Source of the DNA: a candidate division FCPU426 bacterium
GTDB lineage: Bacteria; Oederibacteriota; Muellerivitia; Muellerivitales; Muellerivitaceae
Length of the DNA stretch: 64,000 nucleotides
Assembly (NCBI GenBank): GCA_027452205.1
Contig: DAIDGV010000003.1
Span: 201,399-265,398, forward strand
Direction: 5' to 3'
The notes beneath the pieces are model-generated. The model saw only the letters and a program-made list of their open reading frames with translations. It had not been told where the DNA came from and did no database searches. Shown here piece by piece: positions 10,601 through 19,787 of the stretch. The translations under genes and the position numbers were made by a program. The first letter of the stretch is position 1, and every line of letters begins with the position of its first letter.

Positions 10601-13600
10601 AATGTGGGTATTCCATAATTCAAGTTTGGATGGGCCTGATTCAGCGGCGAGTCGGAATCGAGGACCGTGACACCGTTCGACGGATCGTTATTGGAGTTTT
10701 CGTTCATGACCCCAAAATCGAACATGATCCATTTATCTTTCCCGTCGTTATAGATCCAAGTTTGGAAATACTGGACCGTAGAAAAGTCTTCCCCTGCCGA
10801 CGAGAGGACTTGCCTCAAACCCGCCCAAGTCGCGTTGGTCAAATGGGCGTAAGGCACCTGCAGAACATTAACCACGTCGCTGGCTTGGTTGGTCTGGGCG
10901 TAAACGTGGCCACCACCACCTGGAATTGCGGTGGACGTATTGATGCCAAAGTCCACTTGGGTCGAGGACACGTCGTCATAAAAACGGACACGATTATTAC
11001 CGCTATCCGCGCCGGCATCATAGGTTCCAGCCTGACTGTTCAAATAGGTCGGCGCGTAGGCAGGCGCAGAAGAGACCAACCAACTACTCGTGTTCAAGGA
11101 AGCCGTAATAGCGCTATCGATCCCTTCCATGTTGTCGACTAAAGCTACCCCTGTCTCGCCTTCGGCATTATAGGTGTCCGGGTTGAAATAACTCTGCGCG
11201 ATTTCACCGGATAGTTTTAGGCTCGCAGGTGGTTTCCATTTTTCAAGTCCTGGGATGATACCCGTGATTGATTTAAGGTCTTCCGAGTCCATCTCATATT
11301 TGGTATCCGCATCGAACAAGGTCAAAGAATTCGGGGTCGACCCCAACTGGGGTGTGTCGTTGGGTTGTTGGGAAGTGTCGAGCAAAAAGGTCGACCCAAT
11401 GAAGAACTTATCGGTAACGTCATACTCCATCCGACCACCGAGGATGTTTTGCGCACCAAAGGAACCAAACGGCGAATATTCATAAGAAACAACGATCTGG
11501 CTGTTAGGCGTCAAGATGCTCTTGTCCTGGAAATCCAGGAAGCCCGATGTGTAATCGATGAAATAATCCGTATCTCTCCGTAAGAGACGCCCATCCAAAT
11601 AAACCGTTTCACTGCCTCTCAAAATATTGATGTTGTCGAGTTTAAAGGTTGTCAGCTGCGTTTTATATCTCAGATGGATCGTATACAGACTGTTCGGAGT
11701 GTTCTGCTGGATGTTGTAAACATCTAAGTTCCCCATCACACCGCCCGCTGCCAAAGGGCTGGCAACTCCATCCTGATTCGGAAAAGGTCGTTCCGGAAAG
11801 TAAAGCGGTGAACTATTGGCAAAATTAACATTTGTTACGCTGATGACATTCAGGTCCAAATTCAAATTATAGACATAAGGATTTGCCGCGGTACCACCCT
11901 GGTTCGTTTGGATGATATTGTTTGTGCCTGTTGAAATGATCTGGAATAGAAAGCCCGGATCCTGCTGGGGCGGTATAAGCTTATCGGTCCCTAACGAGAA
12001 ATAATTCACCAAATACATCGGGCTGAGGACTTTCGAGCTGGTGGTCGAAGTACCCGGGGACCCAACATAATCCTTAATGAGGATGTAGTAAGTGGATCCA
12101 TTATTGCCAGAATCGATAATACCGTTATCGGGAACGTTTAGGATGTCCGTAGAATACTGGCCCAATATCGGTGTCAAGTCCGTGGAAGTGGTACCAAAAA
12201 CGTTCAAACCACGCTTGATTCCACTTTGGTCCGTATACCCGACCGCGACCTGGCTGCTGAGGGATAGGGTACGCAAGAAAGTGATGATCCCGGTCGTGTA
12301 ATCGATGGTGTAATCCCGGCCCGGTAACCAGTGTTCCCACTGGCCGACGAAATTAGGCGTTCCGATCGGGGCATATTGATTGTTGACCGGATTTACCCAG
12401 ATCTGTTCACTGCCGCTCTGGGGCAGATAAGTAGCGGTGGCCTGCGGCCTGGAAATATAGAAATATTTCCAGGGGATATAGGAAATATCCGAATAAGTCT
12501 TGTCGATCTGGGTGGTGTTTCCCGTGAAGACTTTCGTCACCGCGATACCCTTTGTTTGGGCGAAAAAAGATGTAAACCGGAAATTGTCGAATTTGAGCAC
12601 TGCTTGCAGTCCGAATAGCTGCTTACTGAACCCGGCAAACTCGGTGTTGGGCAAGGTCAGCTGCAGGTCACCGAAAGAGACGGTCTGAACCACACTATCT
12701 GGATCCCCATGATAGACGATGGAAATATCTTGTTTGGTCTCGTCCACACCACCGGCGCGATTGACATCGCTATAGTCCACGTTCACATCGACATTACTAC
12801 CGACCTTACCTTTCAAGTTCACGACCAACTCCTGATTAATGGTCGTCGTATTTACCTGATTAGAAACACCGTCCACGTTTGGGCGGTTGAAAGTCTGGAA
12901 AGCGAATGCGGCATCAACTTTTTTATAACCCTGGATCGACAATTGACTGTCAGCGGGCAACTTCAGGTTGATGATATTCTGCTCGGGAACAGCCAGTATC
13001 TTTTCCTGCTCCGGCGCCGTTTGTTTGGCCACTCGGATAGCGGCCAACTGTTCTGTCGATTGAGCGATCTCCATGCCGTTTGGTGTCACCGCCAGTTCAT
13101 CCGAATAAGGGCTCATATTGCCCTGTCCATCCACAGCGGCGACGACATAAAAATAATCCTCGCCATTCTGGGGCAGCAATAAGCTGTTGGAGGCTCCATC
13201 CAAAAAATAGGCCGCGTTCAAGGGCCTGGAATTGACCTGCTTATAACCCATTCCCGGCGTAGTAGAACGATAGACGTTGTAATAGGCGGTACTCGAGCCT
13301 GCGGGCGAGGTATCCCAAGAAAGATAGACCCCTTCCTTAAGGACGATCACCGATACTCCTGTAGGCATGGGCGGCGGGTGGTATATGTAGGTTTTGGAAT
13401 GCGTTGGCACCCCATTCGTGACACCATTCTCAGCATCGATGGATTTAAGCACTCTTGCCTCCTCTTCAGGGCTCAAAGAGAAGTCGCCGGAAACACCTTG
13501 GGAATCCACAGTGGGCACCGGTGAAGCGTTATGCACCGGTCCGTTTCCTGCGGTGGGGATCGGACCCAGCCCATTGGATGCCGGAATAGCCGCCACTGCC

Positions 13601-13746
13601 GTCGCCACGATGGAAGCCTCAGTGGAATGACCCGCCGTGGGCACCACCGTCTGTGCCCATCCCTGATCGATCAGGAGAAAGACGAAAATCCCCAGCCAAA
13701 AAGGGGGTCGCTTAGGCATTTTGATATTCAATATGCAACCGACCAT
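7684..13746 (-). CDS. SprA-like large outer-membrane beta-barrel with N-terminal Fn3 domain
   Basis: 2020 aa; signal peptide; SprA-type motifs INQELVVNLKGKVG, GDLQLTLPNTEFAGFSKQLFGL, two DYxIDYxxG, LVDNMEG; amphipathic strands; C-terminal Phe. Confidence 0.75.
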   Translation of the reverse strand: MVGCILNIKMPKRPPFWLGIFVFLLIDQGWAQTVVPTAGHSTEASIVATAVAAIPASNGLGPIPTAGNGPVHNASPVPTVDSQGVSGDFSLSPEEEARVLKSIDAENGVTNGVPTHSKTYIYHPPPMPTGVSVIVLKEGVYLSWDTSPAGSSTAYYNVYRSTTPGMGYKQVNSRPLNAAYFLDGASNSLLLPQNGEDYFYVVAAVDGQGNMSPYSDELAVTPNGMEIAQSTEQLAAIRVAKQTAPEQEKILAVPEQNIINLKLPADSQLSIQGYKKVDAAFAFQTFNRPNVDGVSNQVNTTTINQELVVNLKGKVGSNVDVNVDYSDVNRAGGVDETKQDISIVYHGDPDSVVQTVSFGDLQLTLPNTEFAGFSKQLFGLQAVLKFDNFRFTSFFAQTKGIAVTKVFTGNTTQIDKTYSDISYIPWKYFYISRPQATATYLPQSGSEQIWVNPVNNQYAPIGTPNFVGQWEHWLPGRDYTIDYTTGIITFLRTLSLSSQVAVGYTDQSGIKRGLNVFGTTSTDLTPILGQYSTDILNVPDNGIIDSGNNGSTYYILIKDYVGSPGTSTTSSKVLSPMYLVNYFSLGTDKLIPPQQDPGFLFQIISTGTNNIIQTNQGGTAANPYVYNLNLDLNVISVTNVNFANSSPLYFPERPFPNQDGVASPLAAGGVMGNLDVYNIQQNTPNSLYTIHLRYKTQLTTFKLDNINILRGSETVYLDGRLLRRDTDYFIDYTSGFLDFQDKSILTPNSQIVVSYEYSPFGSFGAQNILGGRMEYDVTDKFFIGSTFLLDTSQQPNDTPQLGSTPNSLTLFDADTKYEMDSEDLKSITGIIPGLEKWKPPASLKLSGEIAQSYFNPDTYNAEGETGVALVDNMEGIDSAITASLNTSSWLVSSAPAYAPTYLNSQAGTYDAGADSGNNRVRFYDDVSSTQVDFGINTSTAIPGGGGHVYAQTNQASDVVNVLQVPYAHLTNATWAGLRQVLSSAGEDFSTVQYFQTWIYNDGKDKWIMFDFGVMNENSNNDPSNGVTVLDSDSPLNQAHPNLNYGIPTFYTAFDNNPFAYNVQHAGFNYLPDNHGDLGFIGLQAGYNNYNVVNNSSPGQPETSQEGQYNGSFVTQNMDGTGVLNTQDNYFEYGIRANWSGWQLIKIPVNLVSPDYQSSTSNGISYFFHSQGTPNAIVVKSLRMWITGTSGTPIDGNFLIDTINFTHNLWQLAVDPGANADMGVTINPSKFNVNSISQAENSTYNPNMRFIIIQPGQDQNAIQFNEKSLDITYNLSSADYDPAGNINGKPIYYTTRIFQQGLDFTDYQNLAMDMNIRSYNQGDIFFIRIGNDQLDYYQYNISMESLANNLGLDNWGAVNVAIDGSGGNRTTVGTPYINKASQISFGFISPNPPGGRTGEVWIDNLRTNTANVRTGTARRLNAEMVLGDDPKKPFAVIDGRYREVDSGFTEIDQTSTHFQHSLQYGLDYSSSGIYLFGQPLRAQFSFTDQELYTETALLNNPYYLDLPNSQIDTTTGSILYTKDLGPEFGRLTSINLSGSTSSEVDVYQSAYLDQPGVQGNTEKYEQRVSLISTYDMPTKLWFFPIGTNQLTENYTLTHDQQDFTFNFLSPYDRTTYQQNYGWTNTTEVVKNLVFTPGFSVALTDAVGNTNSPGVPGSVATPVPFVQQFQPKGGLVYRGVPGVIPSITYSGSDTYDAVDYQDGLRFSNSNNVNYSLNVTPGSWLPFFQQINLTLFGGRTDSSTVSIPGYQAGELNFGQQWWLIDPTDPNIDKIALLATRSTTDQLNASFKLFDVWDFRPTGSWTDQYSLLYTGAPPTQQVSDTLGITTIYNKRIFTLPWLSFSVNSAQIEYTHTDSTQYDSSVVSQVDSYSESDIFGVTFPYEISKTSQGNIRFQESLGEQNGLATTNVPTYTHDYQLSAEYDQKFAPNLMLHIPFTHWKIQLHDAIEFKANFLSDYTENDSLYTYNQIKTQRYRGTLEFDYNALKNLRIGLTGINEYYTDYLTSTLGYVLWQISLSGEAKF

Positions 13747-13770
13747 ACGAGCGACCGATCCTTTATCAAC

Positions 13771-14520
13771 TTAATCCAGGTCCAATACTTTCTTAAGCTC
13801 ATCCAATCGATCCCGGCTGACCGGCAACCGCGTCTTGAGTGGATCCGACAGGACGGCGAGATATTTCCTGTCGCCCTCGTGTTCCAATTCCTTGAGATAA
13901 TCGAGATTAATAACAGCGCTACGGTGGATCCGGAGGAATTTTTGTGGATCCAACCGTTTGATCAAAGCGTCCAGGCTGTCGTCCGCCGTTAGTTCTTGCC
14001 CTTCCACCCGCAAGACCGCGTAATGGTCTTTTGCGACGACCGCGGAGATGAATGACGGATCGAACACCTTGTATTTCGAACCACATTTGATCGCCATACG
14101 CCGTTTTGTGCGGCCCTCATCTAGGCGCGCGACCAGGTCCCTTAGATGACCCGCGTTGGCGCCCTCTTTCCTTTTGCGTATACGTTCCAAGGTCTCCGCT
14201 AACCGCTCGGGAGAAACCGGTTTTACCAAATAATCTGCGGCGGAAAGTTCAAAAGCGCGCAAGGCGTGCTCACTGTAAGCTGTCACAAAGACCACCACCG
14301 GGCCTTTGTCCCCCAGGGTTTCTGCCACTTCCAGGCCGTTCAGCTCAGGCATTTCAATGTCCAGGAACAAGAGGTCTGGTTCCAATTTTTGTGCGCTTTG
14401 CAGGGCTTCTACCCCATTGGAGGCTTCCCCGACCACTTCCAGGTCCGGAAAGGCCGCCAACATTCGATGGAACCGGGCCCGGGCCGGTGCTTCGTCATCC
14501 GCGATAAGGACCTTGATCAT
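13771..14520 (-). CDS. LytTR-family response regulator
   Basis: Receiver domain (IADDE, FLDIEMP, FVTAY, YLVKP) and LytTR motif FLRIHRSAVIN. Confidence 0.93.
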   Translation of the reverse strand: MIKVLIADDEAPARARFHRMLAAFPDLEVVGEASNGVEALQSAQKLEPDLLFLDIEMPELNGLEVAETLGDKGPVVVFVTAYSEHALRAFELSAADYLVKPVSPERLAETLERIRKRKEGANAGHLRDLVARLDEGRTKRRMAIKCGSKYKVFDPSFISAVVAKDHYAVLRVEGQELTADDSLDALIKRLDPQKFLRIHRSAVINLDYLKELEHEGDRKYLAVLSDPLKTRLPVSRDRLDELKKVLDLD

Positions 14521-15668
14521 GACTTCCCCTTTTCCGGCGTCGAGACCTTGTTCAAAGGCAAGGAGATCACTAACCGAGCGCCTCCCTTTTTACCGGCTGT
14601 GACCTCTAATGTGCCTTCAGCCCCAAATTCCAAGTTCAACCGTTTTCGGCAATTTTCCAAAGCTGTTCCGGACCCCGCATAAGGAGAGTTTCCAAAGCCC
14701 ACCCCATCGTCCTCGACCGAAAGGGCCAATTGATTCTCTTGTTTCCCTACCTCAACCCATATATGCCCGCCACCCGCCCTGGAGGAGATGCCGTGCTTGA
14801 CCGCGTTCTCCACCAAAGGCTGCAAGATCAAAACGGGCACTTGAATGTTTTCAAGGTCCAACCCTTCGGCGACCTTGATGCGAGAGACCAGTCGGGCGCC
14901 AAAACGGCTCTTTTCAATGTCTAAATAATCTCGGCAAAATTCCAATTCCTTTTTCAGGGCATGATTCGTTTTACGGGTCGCTTCCAAGACCGCTTGGAAC
15001 AAGGAAGAAAGTTTAATCACCACCTGTTCCGCCTTGGCAGGATCCTCAGGGATCAAAGAAGCAACTGTGTTGAGCGTGTTGAAAAGGAAATGCGGGTTCA
15101 TTTGGTCCTTGAGCTTGGTCAAAAGCGCTTGAAGTCTTTCCTTCTCCAATTCTTCAGCGCGCAGGCGACTGGACCGAGCGGCATCCCGCAGTTCTTCCCA
15201 TGATTTCACGAAAAAAAAGACCAAGAGCAACATCCACCCCCAAAAGGTCTCGCTGCCGTAATATTCCCAATGGAACTCTGGTGTAATTGGATCGCCCACG
15301 AAGGTCCAGTTGATGAGATAAACGATCAATCGCAAGGCCAAATAAAGACCCGGTGGTACGAGAATGGCCATGAAAAGAAGGAACCATCCCGTCCCGTGAA
15401 GGGGACGGCTCTTCCCTTGTCGTCCATACCAGAACTTTTCCCCGATTAAGTAGGACCAAATGATCAACATGGCGAACAAGCCAATGAAGGTCGCTTCAAG
15501 GAAGCTCCACCCCCACCTAAAACCGATGGATTGAAGGGAACCCTTCTCATAGATCAGGCTCATCAAGAAACTGGAAAAAGGGTTCCAGATGAAAAGGAGT
15601 TTAAGAAACGAGACCAAAAAGTTCCGCTCAAAATTAAGCGAAAAGAGCCATTTCCACACCCGGTTCAT
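14517..15668 (-). CDS. LytS/AlgZ-family membrane sensor histidine kinase
   Basis: QMNPHFLFNTLN, LQPLVENAVKHG and VEDDGVG; N-terminal TM helices; ATG at 15668 chosen from AAGGA RBS. Confidence 0.9.
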   Translation of the reverse strand: MNRVWKWLFSLNFERNFLVSFLKLLFIWNPFSSFLMSLIYEKGSLQSIGFRWGWSFLEATFIGLFAMLIIWSYLIGEKFWYGRQGKSRPLHGTGWFLLFMAILVPPGLYLALRLIVYLINWTFVGDPITPEFHWEYYGSETFWGWMLLLVFFFVKSWEELRDAARSSRLRAEELEKERLQALLTKLKDQMNPHFLFNTLNTVASLIPEDPAKAEQVVIKLSSLFQAVLEATRKTNHALKKELEFCRDYLDIEKSRFGARLVSRIKVAEGLDLENIQVPVLILQPLVENAVKHGISSRAGGGHIWVEVGKQENQLALSVEDDGVGFGNSPYAGSGTALENCRKRLNLEFGAEGTLEVTAGKKGGARLVISLPLNKVSTPEKGKS

Positions 15669-15909
15669 GCGTCGTTCCTTCCCGCTGTTGAAATTGACTA
15701 CCTGTATCCGAGAAACCCCCGGGAACCCCTCTAATACATCCCAAATCATAGCAATTCCGCCTTGGTTGATGGTTATTTTTGGTCCTAGGCAAGACCTGTT
15801 TTGATCCACGCTCTTAAGATACAACCCTTACCCAAAGACCGGGGACAGCCGGTCCTCAATGGACGAAAAGCTGTCGTGAGCCGCCGGAAGCGGGGCCTCG
15901 GCTTGCCCC

Positions 15910-15937
15910 TTGGGATGATAGAGCGCTGTGCTATACT
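15910..15937 (+). promoter_or_regulatory. putative sigma70 promoter for lptFG
   Basis: TTGGGA-16 nt-TATACT with TGn extended -10. Confidence 0.4.
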
Positions 15938-15965
15938 GCGACCCACCACAGCAACCGAGGCTTTT

Positions 15966-17105
15966 TTGAGAATCACCTATCGATACATCCTTCAAGAAAT
16001 GGCGCCGACTTTCTTGGTGGCGGTCGCCATGCTGACCTTCCTTTTCATGACCAACCGTGTCTTTCTTTTGTTGGACCTGATCCTCAACAAAAAAGCCCCT
16101 CTCGGCGATACTCTGGTGCTTTACCTAAGCTTGATGCCCTTTGTTCTCTCCTTTACCATTCCCATGTCCATGATGGTGGCTACCCTTTTGGCCTTTGGCC
16201 GCTTGAGTTCGGACATGGAAGTGACCGCCTTCAAGAGTAGCGGCATCCATGTCTTTCACCTGATCGCACCGGTCCTGGTATTCGGTATGGTGATGACCGG
16301 CATCATGCTCTTTTTCAACGACCGCATCCTGCCAGCGGCTAATTACGCGTTCAAAGAGACCCATTTCAAGATCCTCCAAAAACAGGCAAATGTGGCCATA
16401 CGGGAAAGGATCTTCATCGACCAATTCGAGGGTTACCAGTTCTATATTGACCACCTCAGTCCTGACGGCCTGTTCAATCAGGTGAAGATGTTCAACCGCT
16501 GGTCAGGCAAAGCACCCCTGCAGACCACAGTGGCCAAGACTGGCAATCTGGAATCAGATCCCCAAAAGTACCAAATGTTCTTTCATCTGAACGACGGGGT
16601 CATGAGCTGGGAAAACAATAATTACCAGACCTACAACCGACTCTATTTCCAGCACTACACCATCCATTTAAAGTTGGAGAACCAGTTGGCAAAGATGTCC
16701 GACATCAAGAAGGATTATGAGGAAATGACCTTGGGTGAGCTTTCTTCCGAGATCGGCAAGACCACCGACGAAAGCCGGGAGCGGTCCCTTCACATCGAAT
16801 TTCAAAAACGGATCTCCATGCCCTTCGCTTGCGTCATCTTGATCTGGTTCTGCGCCCCCTTAGGTCTATGGACCCGTTCAAAGGGTTTTATCGGCTTCAT
16901 CTTGGGATTGGCCATGATCTTCGTTTATTACCTGATGTTCACCGTTGGACAGATCATGAGCGAAAGGGGTGTTATGGATCCTGTCATCGGCTGTTGGTGG
17001 CCCAACCTTCTCTTGTTCGTCGTTGGCGCCTTCATTTATTATCTGGTGGTATCCGAAAATTCCGCATTCAAGAACCTGCCTGGTTTTCCCGGCGGCAAAG
17101 GTTGA
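15966..17105 (+). CDS. lptF: LPS export ABC permease LptF
   Basis: RYILQE, GRLSSDMEVTAFKSSGI and KRISMPF motifs; TTG start after GAGG. Confidence 0.88.
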   Translation: MRITYRYILQEMAPTFLVAVAMLTFLFMTNRVFLLLDLILNKKAPLGDTLVLYLSLMPFVLSFTIPMSMMVATLLAFGRLSSDMEVTAFKSSGIHVFHLIAPVLVFGMVMTGIMLFFNDRILPAANYAFKETHFKILQKQANVAIRERIFIDQFEGYQFYIDHLSPDGLFNQVKMFNRWSGKAPLQTTVAKTGNLESDPQKYQMFFHLNDGVMSWENNNYQTYNRLYFQHYTIHLKLENQLAKMSDIKKDYEEMTLGELSSEIGKTTDESRERSLHIEFQKRISMPFACVILIWFCAPLGLWTRSKGFIGFILGLAMIFVYYLMFTVGQIMSERGVMDPVIGCWWPNLLLFVVGAFIYYLVVSENSAFKNLPGFPGGKG

Positions 17106-17115
17106 TTGACAAATA

Positions 17116-18204
17116 ATGAGGATCCTCACTCGCTATATCCTGAAAGAATTCTCCAAGCCCTTCCTGATCGCCGTCATTGGTTTCAGCGTCGTAGTCCTCA
17201 TCGTGCAGATCTTTAACGACATCCGCTTCATCATGGATAACAAACCCGGCATGTTCCTGACCCTGAAATATTTCTGCCTACAAGTGCCCGGTTTCGCGGT
17301 ACAGATCATCCCCATCGCCGTACTTTTTGGCGTTCTTTTTTCCTTAAGTCGTCTTTCCAAGAACAGCGAATTGATCGCCATGAGGGCGGGCGGGGTCAGC
17401 ATCTATTTTGTCGCGATTCCCCTTACCATCGCCGGTTTTTTCATTTGTCTAGGAACCATCCTTATGAACGAGACCGTGGTTCCTCAAGCCACCTTGATGA
17501 TAGAACACACCAAGAAGGTCGAGATCATGCACATGAGCGAGGAATTCGCCACCCTTCAACGCCAGAACATCTCCATGATGGGTGCCAGTAACGAGCTTTA
17601 CCACATCGGTTTCTTTAATGGGACCGACAATAGCATGACCGATATCCTGATCCTGGATTACGACAACGGCTCGCACTTGCGGTCCCGGATCGACGCTCAA
17701 AGCGCTAAATATCAGAACAACCAATGGATCTTTTCGAACGGTTATTTACGGGCTTTTGACGACAACGACAAAGAAATATCGGCGCAGCATTTTGATCAAC
17801 TGCCGGTTGCCATCCCTGAAAAACCCGCGGACTTCTTACGGGACCCGAAACCCGCCGAGGAACGAACTTTATTGGAATTGGTCCGTTATGTCCAACAGTT
17901 GCAACGGAACGGTTCTGACTGTCACAAAGAATTGGTTGAGTTGAACCACAAACTGGCCATCCCTTTCGGCTGCGTCATTTTGGCTATTTTGGGCGTACCC
18001 TGGGGCTGGAGCATGGGCAAGTTCAGCGGCGTTGTCGCTAGTTTTGGTATTTGTCTTTTGGTGGCGTTCATTTATATCGGAGGGCAACAGATCGGACAAG
18101 GATTGGGAAATCAGGGGTTGATCTCTCCCTTTTTAGCCACTTGGTCCATGAACATTCTGTTCTGTGTGATCGGCCCGATCCTCTTGATCCGCAAGAACCG
18201 TTGA
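17116..18204 (+). CDS. lptG: LPS export ABC permease LptG
   Basis: MRILTRYI, RLSKNSELIAMRAGG and KLAIPF motifs; tandem with lptF. Confidence 0.88.
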   Translation: MRILTRYILKEFSKPFLIAVIGFSVVVLIVQIFNDIRFIMDNKPGMFLTLKYFCLQVPGFAVQIIPIAVLFGVLFSLSRLSKNSELIAMRAGGVSIYFVAIPLTIAGFFICLGTILMNETVVPQATLMIEHTKKVEIMHMSEEFATLQRQNISMMGASNELYHIGFFNGTDNSMTDILILDYDNGSHLRSRIDAQSAKYQNNQWIFSNGYLRAFDDNDKEISAQHFDQLPVAIPEKPADFLRDPKPAEERTLLELVRYVQQLQRNGSDCHKELVELNHKLAIPFGCVILAILGVPWGWSMGKFSGVVASFGICLLVAFIYIGGQQIGQGLGNQGLISPFLATWSMNILFCVIGPILLIRKNR

Positions 18205-18207
18205 TGG

Positions 18208-19014
18208 TCAAACAGTCTGGATGAAAAAGCGGTGTTTCTTTGCCAGGACCGCAAGTTTCTCTTTTTCCAGTAAGAAAGATCTGCCCGACTCAATGACCAA
18301 GCCCTTGACTTTGGCTTGAACGATCCTTTGAATGGTCTCAGGTCCAACCGTGGGCACATCGAATCGCCAATCTTGTTTCGGGCTTGCGACCTTGATGACG
18401 ATACTGCCCGGCCCGGCTACTCGTCCCGCCCGGGTGATGGTTGCGTCGGTTCCTTCCATGGCTTCAACTGCAACCACGGCGCTTTTCTTGGCCACGAGGG
18501 TCTGGCCGATTCCCGCATTAGCCAACAACTTGGCCTGCCGGACCCCGTAAGCGATGGTTGCCTTGGCTTCGCTATCAATCTTACCTACAACAAAGCCTTT
18601 GGGAGCTATCAATCCATCCATAAGGAATCGGCAGTCCTTGAGAATTACTCCCTGTTTTTGCAGTTCGACGGCCAATGCTTTGAGCAAACCTTCGCCCGAC
18701 CGGTCCTTGAGGCGGATCCAGATTGATAGCGCCTTGAGGTCCAATTTGAAATTCTTGAAAAGGGACGAGTGCTGGACTTTTCCATGCATGACCGCTTGAT
18801 GAACGCCTTGTTGCTTGAAGAATTTGATAAGGCCGCCTAACTGGCCAATAGAAATCCATCGGATAGTGGTACTGAGTTTTTCAAGGTCCTTGGGAGCCAT
18901 ACCCAGGACCGCCACCGTATGGACCTGTAATCCTTTAGCCTTAGCTTGCAGCGCAAACTGGATCGGCAAAGCGCCACCACCGGCAATAAGGCCGATCGAA
19001 CCGGGCTTCTTCAA
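18208..19014 (-). CDS. lpxI: UDP-2,3-diacylglucosamine diphosphatase LpxI
   Basis: GLIAGGGALP, IGQT, AVEAMEGTD and QDWRFDVPTVG; follows lpxA. Confidence 0.9.
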   Translation of the reverse strand: MKKPGSIGLIAGGGALPIQFALQAKAKGLQVHTVAVLGMAPKDLEKLSTTIRWISIGQLGGLIKFFKQQGVHQAVMHGKVQHSSLFKNFKLDLKALSIWIRLKDRSGEGLLKALAVELQKQGVILKDCRFLMDGLIAPKGFVVGKIDSEAKATIAYGVRQAKLLANAGIGQTLVAKKSAVVAVEAMEGTDATITRAGRVAGPGSIVIKVASPKQDWRFDVPTVGPETIQRIVQAKVKGLVIESGRSFLLEKEKLAVLAKKHRFFIQTV

Positions 19015-19787
19015 CGAACGATCCCACGGGTAGAGCCGTTGAGAAAATCGACAAGGTGCTTGATCTCTTCGATCTGAGGGAACTCGGTCGTCAAGGTATG
19101 GATCGCTTCCTTCAAGGTCATGTTATTTCGAAAAATGACCTTATGTGCCTTTTTGAGCGTATCGATTGTCTCTTTACTGAAATTATTTCGTTCCAGCCCG
19201 ATCTGGTTAACGCCGATGATACGGAGCGGTTCTTCGCCAGCGATCATATAAGGCACCACATCCTGGACCGCCCGGAACCCTCCGCCGATCATCACATAGC
19301 GCCCGATACGGCAGAACTGGTGGACCGGAGTTACCCCGCCAATGGTTGCATGGTCGTCGATGTGCACGTGCCCGCCCAGGGTCGCTAAGTTGGCTAATTT
19401 GATATGACTACCCAAAACACAGTTATGACCCACGTGGGCCTGGATCATCAGCCAGTTATCATTACCGATAATGGTCTTGCTACCCTCGCCTGTTCCTGGA
19501 TTGACCGTCACGTGTTCGCGAAAATAATTGTCATCACCAATCTCTAAATAACAGATCTCGCCTTTATATTTCACATCTTGAGGTTCGCTGCCAATGACGG
19601 CCCCGGTGAAGACCCGATTGCGTTTCCCCATGCTGGTGTGGCCGGTGATGATACAATGGGACCCAACGGTCGTGCCTTCTCCCAGGGTCACATACTCATC
19701 AATGATGGAATAGGGACCAACGTTCACGCCATCTGCCAACCGGGCCTTAGGATGCACGATGGCCGTCGGATGGATCATGGTTGGCAT
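19011..19787 (-). CDS. lpxA: UDP-GlcNAc acyltransferase LpxA
   Basis: IHPTAIV, PQDVKYKGE, HVGHNC and HQFCRIG; hexapeptide repeats. Confidence 0.95.
   Translation of the reverse strand: MPTMIHPTAIVHPKARLADGVNVGPYSIIDEYVTLGEGTTVGSHCIITGHTSMGKRNRVFTGAVIGSEPQDVKYKGEICYLEIGDDNYFREHVTVNPGTGEGSKTIIGNDNWLMIQAHVGHNCVLGSHIKLANLATLGGHVHIDDHATIGGVTPVHQFCRIGRYVMIGGGFRAVQDVVPYMIAGEEPLRIIGVNQIGLERNNFSKETIDTLKKAHKVIFRNNMTLKEAIHTLTTEFPQIEEIKHLVDFLNGSTRGIVR

Noticed and set aside
15845..15900. LytTR direct-repeat binding sites
   Set aside because: Only weak, degenerate periodicity; not supportable by eye.
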